Notes: generated by a model not told the origin, from the letters alone. A stretch of 64,000 nucleotides of DNA from Glaciecola sp. (GCA_965660625.1 CBFIAR010000002.1:12946-76945); one strand, 5' to 3'. Positions 38,883 to 50,506 are shown, counted from the stretch's first letter. Translations and numbers: made by a program.

Positions 38883-39139
38883 CTATTTGCCTTTTCTTCT
38901 TTGATTCTACCCATATCTTCATCGTTGGCTCTATCACCAATAACTTCGTTCCTGTAATTCTCTGGTGTAACTGTGGGTAGCAACTTGCCAAAGCCTTGTA
39001 GACGTCTTCTTGGGTTCAGCATCGTTAACCGCGTCAGTAACAGGTTGTTAGGGTACATAATGATCTCTTGTTCATCGGTAAATCGGACATTACGTTTTCC
39101 AGTAGGGATTGAGAAGATTGTACGCTACTTGCTATGCAT
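38879..39139 (-). pseudogene. 86-codon frame interrupted by TAG at codon 5 (possibly an MscS-like C-terminal relic)
   Basis: GGAG RBS, then ATG CAT AGC AAG TAG CGT..., open to TAA at 38879 inside the terminator; encodes ...RFTDEQEIIMYPNNLLLTRLTMLNPRRRLQGFGKLLP... Confidence 0.45.
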
Positions 39140-39246
39140 TTTAGTATGCTCCGTGGCTAAAGTATTATCAAATAAACCAAATAAAAGTATGCAAATATAA
39201 TTTTTAACGATATATAGTGGCGTCATATATGTTACCAAGGAAAAAT

Positions 39247-40152
39247 ATGAAAATCGCAATTTTGTCGCGTAATCCTAAGCTTTATTCTACTAGAAGATTT
39301 GTCGAGGCTGGTGAAAAATTAGGCCATGAGGTCGATATTATCGATACAATGCATTGCTATATGGATGTGACTAGCAGTCGACCTTCAGTGCGCTACAAAG
39401 GTAAAGCTTTACCACGCTATGATGCCGTCATCCCAAGAATTGGAGCATCTGTTACCTTCTACGGTACTTCTGTAGTTCGTCAGTTCGAAATGATGGGGAC
39501 GTTTTCAATCAATGAATCTGTTGCGATTAGTCGCTCAAGAGATAAGTTACGCTCACTGCAGTTGTTGTCTCGCAAAGGTATCGGTATGCCGAGAACGGGA
39601 TTTGCCAATCACCCAGATAGGATTGACGATTTAATTAAGAACGTGGGTGGTGCGCCTGTTGTCATTAAGTTACTTGAAGGTACGCAAGGTATCGGGGTGG
39701 TATTAGCTGATACTGCCAAAACCGCTGAAGCTATTATTGAAGCATTCATGGGACTAAAAGCAAGTATTTTAGTACAAGAATATATAGAAGAAGCGGGTGG
39801 TGCAGACATTCGCTGTCTTGTTGTCGGTGGTAAAGTCATTGCAGCGATGAAGCGTCAAGGCGCACCGGGGGAATTTCGCTCTAACTTGCATAGAGGAGGC
39901 TCAGCAAGCTTGGTTCGCTTGTCACCAGCCGAAAGAAAAACAGCCGTTGATGCAGCAAAAACGATGGGTTTGAATATGTGTGGTGTTGACATTTTACGCT
40001 CAAAAAATGGTCCGATGGTAATGGAAGTAAATTCCTCGCCTGGACTAGAAGGCATCGAAACTGCGACCGGCAAAGACATTGCAAGCATGATCATCGAATT
40101 CATTGCGAACACAGCTACGCCGAACAGAACGAAAACCAAAGGTAAAGGCTGA
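39247..40152 (+). CDS. rimK: RimK ATP-grasp alpha-L-glutamate ligase
   Basis: [46 protein letters not shown] and [12 protein letters not shown] motifs. Confidence 0.96.
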   Translation: MKIAILSRNPKLYSTRRFVEAGEKLGHEVDIIDTMHCYMDVTSSRPSVRYKGKALPRYDAVIPRIGASVTFYGTSVVRQFEMMGTFSINESVAISRSRDKLRSLQLLSRKGIGMPRTGFANHPDRIDDLIKNVGGAPVVIKLLEGTQGIGVVLADTAKTAEAIIEAFMGLKASILVQEYIEEAGGADIRCLVVGGKVIAAMKRQGAPGEFRSNLHRGGSASLVRLSPAERKTAVDAAKTMGLNMCGVDILRSKNGPMVMEVNSSPGLEGIETATGKDIASMIIEFIANTATPNRTKTKGKG

Positions 40153-40154
40153 AC

Positions 40155-41171
40155 ATGAAACGCCAAAACTTTCTAATTGGCGGTGAGGTTATTAAACCGG
40201 GTGAGCAAAAGCGTTTACGGTTGCTAATGCCTCCTTTGTATACCGCTACTACTCTAGGAATTCCTGTCTTTGTGCTACATGGTAAGCGTCCTGGGCCCGT
40301 TTTGTTCGTGAGCGCTGCTATTCACGGTGATGAATTAAACGGTATTGAGATTGTGAGTCGTCTGATTAAAGCTCGTGCAATAAAAAACCTGCGTGGTACG
40401 CTCATAGCGATACCGATGGTGAATGTGTATGGTGTTCTCAATCAAAGTCGTTATTTACCTGACCGCCGAGATTTGAATCGTTGCTTCCCTGGCAGCAAAA
40501 AGGGTTCGCTTGCTGGTCGTATTGCCCGCTTATTTTTGGATGAAATTGTTAGTAAGTGTGATTACGGTATTGATCTTCATACCGGCGCTATACATCGTTC
40601 TAACTTGCCACAAATACGTGCGAATCTCGACGATCCTGCAACATTGGAAATGGCGGAGGCATTTGGTGTCCCTGTGTTGTTGAACGCTGATATTCGTGAC
40701 GGCTCATTGCGCCAAGCTGCAGCTGATGAGGGTGCCAAGGTGCTGCTTTATGAAGCCGGCGAGGCATTGCGTTATGATGAGTTTTCAATTGCAGCGGGTG
40801 TAAAGGGTATTATAAAAGTAATGCGTCATATCGGTATGTTGAATAAAACCAAATCGGTAGGACATAGCATCAAGCCATTCGTCGCAAGACAAAGTGGTTG
40901 GGTTAGGGCTAATGAAAGCGGTTTTGTTATGCACAAAGCGCAGCTAGGTGATCACGTAGTGAAGGGGGACGTACTTGCGGTTATCTCTAACCCTTTCGGA
41001 GAGCAATTGGGGATAATTGATTCACCTAGTACAGGCGTGGTGATTGGCAAACAAAATATCCCCTTAGCGCAAGAGGGCGAAGCGATATATCACATCGCAT
41101 ACTTTAAGAAACCTAATGAAGTAGCTGAACATGTGGAATTGTTGCAAGACAATTTGGATGTAATTGATTAA
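40155..41171 (+). CDS. Succinylglutamate desuccinylase/aspartoacylase-family (M14) deacylase
   Basis: AAIHGDELNG, RRDLNRCFPG, DLHTG and YEAGE motifs; C-terminal biotinyl-like domain. Confidence 0.92.
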   Translation: MKRQNFLIGGEVIKPGEQKRLRLLMPPLYTATTLGIPVFVLHGKRPGPVLFVSAAIHGDELNGIEIVSRLIKARAIKNLRGTLIAIPMVNVYGVLNQSRYLPDRRDLNRCFPGSKKGSLAGRIARLFLDEIVSKCDYGIDLHTGAIHRSNLPQIRANLDDPATLEMAEAFGVPVLLNADIRDGSLRQAAADEGAKVLLYEAGEALRYDEFSIAAGVKGIIKVMRHIGMLNKTKSVGHSIKPFVARQSGWVRANESGFVMHKAQLGDHVVKGDVLAVISNPFGEQLGIIDSPSTGVVIGKQNIPLAQEGEAIYHIAYFKKPNEVAEHVELLQDNLDVID

Positions 41172-41215
41172 ACAGCAGGTACAAATGCTTAACCTTTATT
41201 ACTGAGAAGTTTACA

Positions 41216-41647
41216 ATGAATAAGAAGCTTACGGTTGGAACTCTGGAACAATGCGACCTTCCTGAACTAGGTATAAAAGGCCTCCATGTTCGAGTTGATA
41301 CAGGCGCTACGACGTCATCTTTGCATGTTGATAATATTGAAGAAATTGATGTTGGAGAGGACACTTGGATAAAGTTCGATATTCACCCAGATATTCATGA
41401 CGTGAAAAAGCTTATCCGTTGCGAAGCCAAAGTAGCAGGTCAGCGCAAAGTAAAAAGCTCAACCGCAACACGGCAGCGCCGCTACGTTATTGAAACAGAT
41501 ATCGTGATGGCGGGAGAGCGTTGGCAAATTCAATTGACCCTAACTGACCGCTCAGAAATGACTTACCTAATGCTATTTGGACGTGAAGCAATGGCTGGCA
41601 GATTTATTGTCGATCCAGAGTTAGAATATTTGCTCAATGAGGGATAA
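41216..41647 (+). CDS. RimK-associated retropepsin-like aspartic protease ('ATP-dependent zinc protease' family)
   Basis: RVDTGATTSSLH, QRRYVIET, LTLTDRSEM.Y.ML.GR motifs. Confidence 0.9.
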   Translation: MNKKLTVGTLEQCDLPELGIKGLHVRVDTGATTSSLHVDNIEEIDVGEDTWIKFDIHPDIHDVKKLIRCEAKVAGQRKVKSSTATRQRRYVIETDIVMAGERWQIQLTLTDRSEMTYLMLFGREAMAGRFIVDPELEYLLNEG

Positions 41648-41655
41648 TGCTTAGC

Positions 41656-41677
41656 CAAGGCTAGGTTGCTAGCCTTG
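41656..41677. terminator. Hairpin between convergent genes, possible terminator
   Basis: CAAGGCTAG-GTTG-CTAGCCTTG, without a U-tract. Confidence 0.4.
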
Positions 41678-41756
41678 TACATAGGAATAATTAATATCTC
41701 ACACTAAGCTAAACAAGGCTCATTTATGGTGTAAATGCGTCTCTTCTTTATGATGC

Positions 41757-42563
41757 TTACTGAACGTTGGTGCTCTCGAATATTTTATCCGCAGACGCTG
41801 CAACAAATCCTTGATAATAATCGCCGGTTTGCATTTTATAGCGTTGTGCAAATTCGTAAAAACAGCTCGGGATAGACACTTCGGCATCGCTAAACTTGAC
41901 TATTGAAGCGTCAGCCATTGTTGATGATTGAGCTAAACAGACATCTTCGCCTCCTTTGATCTCGCCACCAGAGGTATTTAAAATAAAGCCAGCCTGCTTA
42001 AGAATGTCATTCACTTCGGTTAATTCATCAATTTTATGAAGATGATTAACACTGACAGTGAAATGATTGGCGCGGTATCCCCAAGCTGCCATCCATGCTG
42101 CGTACTCAGACTCTGCTAACAACGTTTTATAGTCATCGTGTGAAACTGACCAATGCGTCCCTGAATAAAGGAAATTGTTGGCTTCAGTAGCACCGTCTTC
42201 TATGTTCAAAACCATCTTGTTTATGATCGCTTGTGCAACTTCAGACAGTTCGTTTACTCGTAACTCGCTGATAAATACTTTAGGTTGTGTCATATCAGGA
42301 TGCTCAAAATGCTGTGCACTTAATTTCTTACTTGCAAAGTCGTAGTCGCCCTTTTTTTCATAACCTAACGCGAGAAAATGCGCTGCTAGTTTTTTCAAAT
42401 TAACGCGTTCGAGATTGAATGTGCGCAGTGCGATATGATCATTAATGATCTCAGCTTCGCCAGTTTTATCGGCAAGCAACTGATGTATCTTGTTTGCTGA
42501 TGGGGTTATTTGAATATAGTTTTCCCAAAGGCCCTGAAACAACTTATTAATGTCTGTGTGCAT
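41757..42563 (-). CDS. DUF1338 family protein (HglS-related VOC fold)
   Basis: NDHIALRTF, PKVFISEL, SEYAAW, NHFTVSVN, QSSTMAD and FYEFAQR motifs. Confidence 0.88.
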   Translation of the reverse strand: MHTDINKLFQGLWENYIQITPSANKIHQLLADKTGEAEIINDHIALRTFNLERVNLKKLAAHFLALGYEKKGDYDFASKKLSAQHFEHPDMTQPKVFISELRVNELSEVAQAIINKMVLNIEDGATEANNFLYSGTHWSVSHDDYKTLLAESEYAAWMAAWGYRANHFTVSVNHLHKIDELTEVNDILKQAGFILNTSGGEIKGGEDVCLAQSSTMADASIVKFSDAEVSIPSCFYEFAQRYKMQTGDYYQGFVAASADKIFESTNVQ

Positions 42564-42583
42564 ATTTATTTCCTTATCAGCGA

Positions 42584-44056
42584 TTAAAACGTAAGCCCGG
42601 GACTTAATGATGATGGCAGTGTCACGACATCTAGTTCTACAGACGCAACTGGGTAAGCGCAGTAATCTGCAGCATAGTAAGCGCTTGCACGATGATTTCC
42701 ACTTTCGCCTATACCACCAAACGGTGCTGCACTGCTTGCTCCTGTAATCGGACGGTTCCAGTTAACAATGCCTGCTCTAATACGTGCCAAAAAGTAATCG
42801 TAATCCGCTTTAGAGTCGCTTAGGAGACCTGCAGATAAACCAAAGCGAGTATTGTTTGCGTGCGTAATTGCTTCATCAAAATCATGGTATCTGATCACTT
42901 TTAAGAGAGGACCGAAGTGTTCTTCGTCGGGCATTACAGTTGCAATTGCAGTCACATCGATAATGCCTGGAGTGACAAAACCAGTAAGTTTATCTGTATG
43001 CTCAAGCGCCAGCAAACTTGTTGCACCTAAGTCCAAAAGTTGTTGCTGAGCACTCAACATACCAGCAGCGGCCGCAGCACTTATCATCGCGCCCATAAAA
43101 GGTTGCTCTTCTGCATCGTAATGACCCACTTGAATATTTTTAGTGACCTCTAGTAAACGCGTTAATAAAACATCACCCTGAGGGTTGTCTTGAATGAATA
43201 AACGTCGCGCGCATGTGCAACGCTGCCCGCTTGTAACGAAAGCAGACTGGACAATGTCATGTACTGCAGCGTCAATATCAGCCACATCTTTGACGATGAG
43301 TGGATTGTTGCCACCCATTTCTAGCGCTAATATTTTACCTGGATGTCCTGCAAATTGCTCATGGAGAATTTTACCAGTGCGAGAGCTTCCAGTGAAAAAT
43401 AGACCGTCAATATTGGCATGACTAGCGAGCGTTTTGCCAGTTTCAACTTGACCCTGAATAAGATTTAGTACGCCGTTAGGTAATCCTGCTTTTTGCCAAA
43501 GCTGAACGCTGAACTCGGCTACCATTGGAGTCAAATCGCTAGGTTTAAAAACGACGGTATTGCCTGCAATTAAAGCCGGAATAATATGACCATTGGGCAA
43601 ATGTCCAGGGAAGTTATAAGGGCCAAAAACAGCAACCACACCGTGTGGTTTGTGACGAATGATTGCTTGTCCTTGTGGCATTGCGTTTTCAACAGTGCCA
43701 GTGCGTTCGTGATACGCCTTTTCAGAGATAGCAATTTTACCAATCATTGCGCCTACTTCAGTCACAGTTTCCCACTGTGGCTTGCCGGTTTCTTTTGCAA
43801 TAATATTAGCAAGTTCAGTTTTGTGCTCACCTAGCAGTTCAGCAAACTTTTTAATAATCACTAGGCGTTCATCAACAGTCATCAAAGACCAAGTGGGAAA
43901 AGCCTGACGAGCAGCAACGACAGCGTCATTTACTTGTGTCGAAGAGGCTGATTTAGCAGACCATATAACGACATTTTTCGCCGGATCGATTGAGTTAATA
44001 GCATGGCCTAAGCCTTCTACCCATTGTCCATTAATGAAGTGTGTTGAATTTGTCAT
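42584..44056 (-). CDS. astD: N-succinylglutamate 5-semialdehyde dehydrogenase
   Basis: [36 protein letters not shown] and [10 protein letters not shown] motifs. Confidence 0.96.
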   Translation of the reverse strand: MTNSTHFINGQWVEGLGHAINSIDPAKNVVIWSAKSASSTQVNDAVVAARQAFPTWSLMTVDERLVIIKKFAELLGEHKTELANIIAKETGKPQWETVTEVGAMIGKIAISEKAYHERTGTVENAMPQGQAIIRHKPHGVVAVFGPYNFPGHLPNGHIIPALIAGNTVVFKPSDLTPMVAEFSVQLWQKAGLPNGVLNLIQGQVETGKTLASHANIDGLFFTGSSRTGKILHEQFAGHPGKILALEMGGNNPLIVKDVADIDAAVHDIVQSAFVTSGQRCTCARRLFIQDNPQGDVLLTRLLEVTKNIQVGHYDAEEQPFMGAMISAAAAAGMLSAQQQLLDLGATSLLALEHTDKLTGFVTPGIIDVTAIATVMPDEEHFGPLLKVIRYHDFDEAITHANNTRFGLSAGLLSDSKADYDYFLARIRAGIVNWNRPITGASSAAPFGGIGESGNHRASAYYAADYCAYPVASVELDVVTLPSSLSPGLTF

Positions 44057-44067
44057 TGGTACTCCTC

Positions 44068-45105
44068 CTAGTGCTTTGTGTTAGCTGGTGAGAAACGAAT
44101 TGAATCACCGTCTTTGATGCCTAATGCTTTAGCGGTTAAACGTTCCATTGCAACGCGATTGCCGTCAACATAAGCGATTTCTGCGATACAAGCTCTAAAG
44201 TTTTCTACCGATGTATTGATAGCAAAACAGGTTGTACCATCGGTTTGAGCGAGGTTGTCGTTAATGACAATAGAGGCTTTACGGCTCGCCTGCACCGTTG
44301 CAATGTTCTTTACATCGGCTTCGACAGTTGGGCCTGCATCAAATATATCTACGTAACCACGGCATTTGAAGCCCTCTTGCTCGAGTAAGCGCAGCGCGGG
44401 TTTGGTTTTTTCATGCACTTTCCCAATGCAATTTTGCGCTGCTCTACTGAGCAGTTTCACATAAATAGGGTATTTAGGCATGAGCTCAGCAATGAACACC
44501 TTGTTACCGATCCCCGTTAGGTAATCAGCCGTCGGGAAATCCATTGAGAAAAAATGCTCCTCAAGCCATGCCCAGAAAGGCGAGCGCCCTTCATCATCAC
44601 TAATGCCGCGCATTTCAGCGATGACAACGTCAGCGAAACGTTGTTTATGCTCCGCCATGAACAGAAAACGCATTTTAGATAGAAAGCGTCCGTTAAGACC
44701 CTGTCGAGCACTCTCTCTCAAGAACAATGTACAAATTTCACTAACACCAGTGTAATCATTGCAAAAATGGAGTATTTCAGCGGTATTGTGCACATTCAAT
44801 TCACGCGAGGCATGCACCACTTTACTTACGTGGTAGTGATAAAATGCGTCTTGTAAACCGACGGTAGCTTCAATACCACTGGTACCTACTACTTCCCCAG
44901 TTTCCGTATCTTCCATGACGAAAAGGTAGCTCTGCATACCGGGTTCGGTTGGGGTTGATTGAATTGCTGCTTCTGCATTGACTAATTTGCGGCGCAGCAA
45001 GTCTTCATTCACCGGAAGTGAAGTAAAGCCAATACCTGATTCTTGCGCTATTTCGCTCAGTGCTTTGTAATCAGAGCCCTTAATAGGACGAATAATTTTC
45101 ATCAA
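44068..45105 (-). CDS. astA: Arginine N-succinyltransferase
   Basis: [30 protein letters not shown] motifs. Confidence 0.96.
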   Translation of the reverse strand: MMKIIRPIKGSDYKALSEIAQESGIGFTSLPVNEDLLRRKLVNAEAAIQSTPTEPGMQSYLFVMEDTETGEVVGTSGIEATVGLQDAFYHYHVSKVVHASRELNVHNTAEILHFCNDYTGVSEICTLFLRESARQGLNGRFLSKMRFLFMAEHKQRFADVVIAEMRGISDDEGRSPFWAWLEEHFFSMDFPTADYLTGIGNKVFIAELMPKYPIYVKLLSRAAQNCIGKVHEKTKPALRLLEQEGFKCRGYVDIFDAGPTVEADVKNIATVQASRKASIVINDNLAQTDGTTCFAINTSVENFRACIAEIAYVDGNRVAMERLTAKALGIKDGDSIRFSPANTKH

Positions 45106-45142
45106 ATGATACCTATGGTTGCCAGCGACAACCTAAAAAAGA

Positions 45143-46348
45143 CTACGCAGCAACGACTGCAGCGACAGCCTTCTCGAAACGAGCTAAACCTTCAATAATG
45201 TCTTCATCTGGGATAACCAATGATGGCGCAAAACGAATAACATTCACACCTGCTATTAAGCACATCATGTGCTGCTCGTTTGCTGCGATCATAAAGTCAC
45301 GTGATCGGCCCGCGTATTTCTCATTTAATGCGCAACCTAATAACATACCTTTGCCGCGTATTTCGCTAAATACATGATATTTATCATTAATCTTACCTAA
45401 AATTTCACGAAACAGAGCTTCCTTCTTCAACACGCCAGCAAGTACTTCTGGTTGGTTAATAACGTCCAATACTCTTTCTGCTACAGCACAGGCTAGCGGA
45501 TTGCCGCCATAGGTGCTGCCGTGTGTGCCTGGTTTTAAACTACTCGCTATTGCGTCAGTAGTTAGCATTGCACCGATTGGAAAGCCGCCGCCTAATGATT
45601 TAGCGGTCGTTAAAATATCTGGAGTTACGTCAACGCCCATATACGCATATAAATAGCCTGTTCTGCCAACACCACTTTGTACTTCATCAAAAATGAGCAA
45701 AGCATTATGCTTATCACAAAGTTCTCTTACGCCTTTAATAAAGGCAGGGTCAGGAACAATAATGCCGCCTTCACCTTGTAGGGGCTCCATCATTATTGCG
45801 CAAGTGCGCTCAGACATCATTCCAGCAAGCATGTCGAGGTTGTTATATTCACAATGCACAATACCGCCTGGCTTTGGACCGAAACCATCTGAATACGCAG
45901 GTTGACCGCCTACAGTAACGGTAAAGAAAGTGCGACCATGAAAGCCTTGTGTGAATGAGATGATTTGATCTTTATCTTTGTTGTAATGCTCAAGCGCGAA
46001 TCGACGAGCTAGTTTTAATGCTGCCTCATTAGCTTCAGCACCTGAGTTCGCGAAATAAACCTTGTCAGCAAACGTAGCGTCACATAACTTTTTGGCTAAA
46101 CGCATCGCTGGTTCGTTCGTAAATACGTTACTTAAATGCCAAAGTTTGCTCCCTTGCTCATGCAATACTTTTACTAGTTCAGGATGGCAATGGCCTAACG
46201 CATTAACCGCAATACCGCCTGCGAAATCGATGTATTCGTTACCCTCTTGATCCCAAACACGAGAGCCTTCTCCACGCACTGGCACCATTTGTGCCGGGTT
46301 GTAGTTGGGTACCATTACATCATCAAACGTTGAACGAGTCACTTGCAT
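45143..46348 (-). CDS. astC: Succinylornithine/acetylornithine aminotransferase
   Basis: [43 protein letters not shown] and HGSTYGGN motifs. First gene of the ast cluster; GAGG RBS supports ATG 46348. Confidence 0.92.
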   Translation of the reverse strand: MQVTRSTFDDVMVPNYNPAQMVPVRGEGSRVWDQEGNEYIDFAGGIAVNALGHCHPELVKVLHEQGSKLWHLSNVFTNEPAMRLAKKLCDATFADKVYFANSGAEANEAALKLARRFALEHYNKDKDQIISFTQGFHGRTFFTVTVGGQPAYSDGFGPKPGGIVHCEYNNLDMLAGMMSERTCAIMMEPLQGEGGIIVPDPAFIKGVRELCDKHNALLIFDEVQSGVGRTGYLYAYMGVDVTPDILTTAKSLGGGFPIGAMLTTDAIASSLKPGTHGSTYGGNPLACAVAERVLDVINQPEVLAGVLKKEALFREILGKINDKYHVFSEIRGKGMLLGCALNEKYAGRSRDFMIAANEQHMMCLIAGVNVIRFAPSLVIPDEDIIEGLARFEKAVAAVVAA

Positions 46349-46483
46349 GTCAAACACCTCTTTTGCTTAGCTACATTGCACTCGCACAAGGTAACAGGCG
46401 CGAGTAAATTGGCTAAGCATTATGCCAGAAGTCGAGACGAAAGCAATTAACTTATTCGTCGCAAAGCCAGTAAAAATAAGGGT

Positions 46484-46522
46484 TGTGCACTTATTTTCAG
46501 AATTAGTGAATATTTATTTTGA
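46484..46522. promoter_or_regulatory. Tandem ARG boxes (ArgR operator) upstream of astC
   Basis: TGTGCACTTATTTTCAGA-ATT-AGTGAATATTTATTTTGA: two 18-bp boxes separated by 3 bp, each with about 2 mismatches to WNTGMATWWWWATKCANW. A third single box-like site lies at 46650-46667. Confidence 0.7.
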
Positions 46523-46715
46523 TAAAATTCGGAGGGGGAAATCACAGAAAAATCCCACCCTCTCGCTCGGGACCATGACTTGTAGACACGCTCAATATTT
46601 CCCCAAACGGAGAATGGGGGAGTATTGCACGAATTGTCTGTGCGGTGAAGAGGCATATTCATGCAAAATTTCTTATTGAAAAGAAATGTTTATTGCCCAT
46701 CATGGCTTGGGAGCG

Positions 46716-47930
46716 TTAGTCGTTTAGTGCTCTAGGGACTTGTGGGATCTCTGGTATTTTTATTTCAAACCCAGTAAGGTTGGTTTTCATCAATAATACA
46801 AGATCATCCGACAAAATCCCGAAATTACGTAAGTACAGCATCGATGCTTGTTTCGACATTAAACCGTTGGCCTTCATCATTTTAAATTGCATGTAGCCTT
46901 GGCATCGGAACAATAAGTCAGTGAGAGGGTGTAATTTGTTTTCTTTTACGTGGGCATAACTGATTTCTTTGATTAGAGTATAGTCCTCAAGCCCAATGCT
47001 AATCATCAACCAGCGGCAATTGAAGGCAGCTACTAGTTTATTAGTTAATTGATCAGCATGGCGATCCCAAAGGGAAATTAAATATTGATGAGATGGAACG
47101 AGTTTGTATAGCGCTTTCGCTTGAGTCAGATTATTATTTTTTTGTGCTTCGATTACTTCTTCTTGTAATTTAGTGTCGAAAGCTTTGAGATACATTTTAG
47201 CAATTGCGCTTCGACCAAGCGTGCTCATAAGGCCGATGTTATAACCTAAATACCATTTTATTCCCTCTTTCTCCGCAATTGCTCGGCCGGCCTTGCCGTT
47301 TCCAAGTGTGTATTCCCACATGTGTTTTTGCAACTCTGGAAAAATGGCGGATTTAGCCGGCAAGCTGTGTTTGGCGATCAACACCGGCAGCAATGTGCGC
47401 AAACTTTCTATACCAACAAAACTCAATGCACTGCGCAAACTATTAATAACAATAAATTTGCCTTTGGAATCGAAGCGACGGTATTTAGGTTGTTTTACAA
47501 ACTTGATGATGGCGTCGGACAGCCAATCTAATTGTTTGATGTTGGTTTCGAGGCGAGATATTGAACACGATTCTGTATATAAAACATCCAATATTTTGCC
47601 AATGGAAGGACCAAACCCACATACTTTTTCTAACACATAATCGGTATCTTTAAATTGCTCAGCGAGTTCATTTAGTAGACTAACGTGAAACTCGGCCGCG
47701 ACTTTTTGAATAAATAAATGTTGCTTTTGGCTCAACTCTTCGCGATTTTTTATCGCAACCTCTTCTACAAATAATAATTCTCTGCGAGCCTCTGCTTGTT
47801 CAGAGTCTTCCATGATGCGCTGTTTCTCAGTTTTGTGACCGGACAGCAGCACAGCTTCGTCTAAACTAACGAGAAGGTGCTCGAACCGTAAATTCATTGT
47901 CGCGGTTAATTGAGATACGCTTAACTTCAT
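46716..47930 (-). CDS. HDOD domain-containing signalling protein
   Basis: ALSFVG...L, HMWEY, GLMSTLG pattern typical of HDOD proteins located next to pabA. Confidence 0.8.
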   Translation of the reverse strand: MKLSVSQLTATMNLRFEHLLVSLDEAVLLSGHKTEKQRIMEDSEQAEARRELLFVEEVAIKNREELSQKQHLFIQKVAAEFHVSLLNELAEQFKDTDYVLEKVCGFGPSIGKILDVLYTESCSISRLETNIKQLDWLSDAIIKFVKQPKYRRFDSKGKFIVINSLRSALSFVGIESLRTLLPVLIAKHSLPAKSAIFPELQKHMWEYTLGNGKAGRAIAEKEGIKWYLGYNIGLMSTLGRSAIAKMYLKAFDTKLQEEVIEAQKNNNLTQAKALYKLVPSHQYLISLWDRHADQLTNKLVAAFNCRWLMISIGLEDYTLIKEISYAHVKENKLHPLTDLLFRCQGYMQFKMMKANGLMSKQASMLYLRNFGILSDDLVLLMKTNLTGFEIKIPEIPQVPRALND

Positions 47931-48526
47931 GTTGTTTCTCTACATGCGAATTCTGTTTTTAAGAAATTATCCAGAATTTTGTGACCTTCCTGAGTGAGCA
48001 GTGATTCAGGGTGAAATTGAACGCCAAATATTGGCAATGTTTTATGCTGAATACCCATGATCTCTGTATCGTCACTTTCGCTGCAAACTGCAGTAATTTC
48101 TAGCAACTCAGGCAGAGTTTGACACTCCAGCAGCAAAGAATGATATCTTGTTGCCGTAAATGTATGCTTCATGTCTTTGAATATGCCAGTCGTTTGCTTT
48201 ACTTGCACTTCTGATGTTTTACCATGTTTTATATTTTTTGCACGTATTACTTTGGCACCAAATACTTGCCCGATGGCTTGATGACCCAAACATACACCCA
48301 AAAGCGGCACTTTTCCTGCAAACGCAACAATTGCGTCAAGGCAAACTCCAGACTCGTTTGGTGAACATGGCCCCGGAGAAATCACCAAATGCGTAAACGT
48401 GAGGCTTTGCAGTTCAATAATACTGAGCTCATCGTTTTTAACGACTTTCACCTGCGCCCCCAATTCTTCAAAATAGCGTGCTAAATTGAAGGTAAATGAG
48501 TCATAATTATCAATGATTAACACCAC
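47927..48526 (-). CDS. pabA: Aminodeoxychorismate/anthranilate synthase glutamine amidotransferase subunit
   Basis: IDNYDSFTFNL, SPGPCSP, GVCLGHQ, RYHSL and QFHPES motifs. Confidence 0.94.
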   Translation of the reverse strand: MVLIIDNYDSFTFNLARYFEELGAQVKVVKNDELSIIELQSLTFTHLVISPGPCSPNESGVCLDAIVAFAGKVPLLGVCLGHQAIGQVFGAKVIRAKNIKHGKTSEVQVKQTTGIFKDMKHTFTATRYHSLLLECQTLPELLEITAVCSESDDTEIMGIQHKTLPIFGVQFHPESLLTQEGHKILDNFLKTEFACRETT

Positions 48527-48602
48527 GTACGTGACTCCAATTGCACACCTTATATCGCCAGAAAATTATCGTTAATCGCCGTACAATACTGCGCAAGCAT
48601 TT

Positions 48603-49610
48603 TTATGGCGCAACAAACCCAAGTGCTTTATATGTATTTGCGAGCGTTACAGACGCTTTTTCTCTTGCTTTAAGAGCACTGGCTCGTAAAACCTCATGTA
48701 AATAAGCATCGTCTGCGCGAATGCGCGCAAATTCTGTCTGAATTGGAGTTAGCATGTTAACCACTGCTTCAGCAACGTCACCTTTTAAGTGACCGTACAT
48801 CTTATCTTCATACTTGGGTACTAGACTTGCAACTGATTCACCTGTTGTGCAAGAAAGCAGCGACAAAAGATTTGATACCCCAGGCTTCTCGGCAACGTCA
48901 AAGTAAATGCGTGCTTGCTCATCACTGTCGGTTACGGCACGTTTAATTTTTTTCGCTAATTTCTTAGGATCTTCTAACAAGCCTATGACGTTATTTGGAT
49001 TATCATCAGATTTTGACATTTTCTTCATAGGGTCTTGCAAACTCATCACGCGCGCGCCAGACTCTGGGATAAATGGGGCGGGAATAGTGAATACGTCACC
49101 ATATATATTGTTAAAACGCGTTGCAATGTCTCGAGTGAGTTCCAAATGTTGCTTTTGATCTTCCCCTACTGGCACTTTATTCGCTTGATAAACTAATATA
49201 TCGGCTGCCTGCAGGACAGGATAGCTATACAAACCTACGTTGATATTCGATGCGTTTTTGAGTGATTTGTCCTTGAACTGTGTCATGCGATTTAGCTCAC
49301 CCATTTGCGTATAGCAATTGAGTACCCAACTGAGTTGCGTATGCTCTGGTACATGCGACTGCATAAATATACTGCTCTTATTAGGGTCAATACCACACGC
49401 AAGGTAAAGTGCGAGTCCATCAAGACAGGCTTTGTTAAGGGTTTCCGGGTCTTGACGCACAGTTATAGCATGCAAATCAACAATCATATAAAGGCAGTCA
49501 TTATCATCTTGCATATGAACCCATTGGCGTAAGGCTCCCATATAGTTGCCTATGGTAAGTTGACCTGAAGGTTGGCAACCACTTAAAACGATCGGTTTTT
49601 GCAAGTTCAT
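48603..49610 (-). CDS. trpS: Tryptophan--tRNA ligase
   Basis: TIGN (HIGH-like), [10 protein letters not shown] and KMSKS motifs. Confidence 0.97.
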   Translation of the reverse strand: MNLQKPIVLSGCQPSGQLTIGNYMGALRQWVHMQDDNDCLYMIVDLHAITVRQDPETLNKACLDGLALYLACGIDPNKSSIFMQSHVPEHTQLSWVLNCYTQMGELNRMTQFKDKSLKNASNINVGLYSYPVLQAADILVYQANKVPVGEDQKQHLELTRDIATRFNNIYGDVFTIPAPFIPESGARVMSLQDPMKKMSKSDDNPNNVIGLLEDPKKLAKKIKRAVTDSDEQARIYFDVAEKPGVSNLLSLLSCTTGESVASLVPKYEDKMYGHLKGDVAEAVVNMLTPIQTEFARIRADDAYLHEVLRASALKAREKASVTLANTYKALGFVAP

Positions 49611-49625
49611 TTTGTTTACGACTTC

Positions 49626-50294
49626 CTAGTGTGATTTAAATTTGTTTTTCATTGCCGCAATGGTGTCGGCATAATTATCGCTGTTGAATATAGCAGACCC
49701 TGCAACGAACATGTCAGCGCCAGCTTGCCAGATTGATTGTATATTGTCGACTTTGACTCCGCCATCGACTTCTATTCTTACACTCAGTTCTTTTGCTACG
49801 ATTATTTGCCGTAGCGCGCTAATTTTATTGAGAGTACTGTGTATAAAAGATTGTCCACCAAATCCAGGGTTTACTGACATCAACAAAACATAGTCAAGTT
49901 TATCTAGTACACAGTCCAGAACGTGTAGCGGCGTACCTGGATTCAATGCCAACCCTGCTTTGCATCCGTTATCTTTAACTAACTGAATACTGCGGTCTAA
50001 GTGCTGTGTTGCTTCAGGGTGGAAGCTGATCATACTAGCACCTGCTTGTGCAAAAGCCTCGATCATGGCATCGACTGGTTGCACCATTAAATGCACATCA
50101 ATATCTGCTGTAATGCCATGTTTGCGCAACGCCTCACAAATCATAGGACCGAAAGACAGATTAGGAACATAGTGATTGTCCATCACGTCAAAATGAATAA
50201 TATCTGCCCCAGCGTCGAGTACTGATTGAACATCCTGCCCCAAACGAGCGAAGTCAGCGGACAAAATTGATGGTGCAATGAGCGGTGTATGCAT
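49626..50294 (-). CDS. rpe: Ribulose-phosphate 3-epimerase
   Basis: [38 protein letters not shown] and EVDGG motifs. Confidence 0.97.
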   Translation of the reverse strand: MHTPLIAPSILSADFARLGQDVQSVLDAGADIIHFDVMDNHYVPNLSFGPMICEALRKHGITADIDVHLMVQPVDAMIEAFAQAGASMISFHPEATQHLDRSIQLVKDNGCKAGLALNPGTPLHVLDCVLDKLDYVLLMSVNPGFGGQSFIHSTLNKISALRQIIVAKELSVRIEVDGGVKVDNIQSIWQAGADMFVAGSAIFNSDNYADTIAAMKNKFKSH

Positions 50295-50354
50295 TAGCTG
50301 ATCCTAAAAGTGGTGAGTTTACCGAACTTTGGTGATTGACAAAAGGATTACCCG

Positions 50355-50390
50355 TGCTCTTTATTGGTGAGCATGCATCATAATGGGGCA
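50355..50390. promoter_or_regulatory. NtrC binding sites upstream of the porin
   Basis: TGCATCATAATGGGGCA (50374-50390, 2 mismatches to consensus) and a weaker TGCTCTTTATTGGTGAG (50355-50371). Confidence 0.7.
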
Positions 50391-50506
50391 TTTTGATTTC
50401 GGTAAACTACAATACGATCAAAATATTAAAAAATCACGAACTATAAAAAAAATTAAAATCTTTAAAATTCAATATGATAAAGTTTTTTATATACATTTTT
50501 CTATTT

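Noticed and set aside
46412-46427. Sigma54 promoter for astC (minus strand TGGCATAATGCTTAGC)
   Set aside because: The GC is one base off the obligatory -24/-12 spacing.
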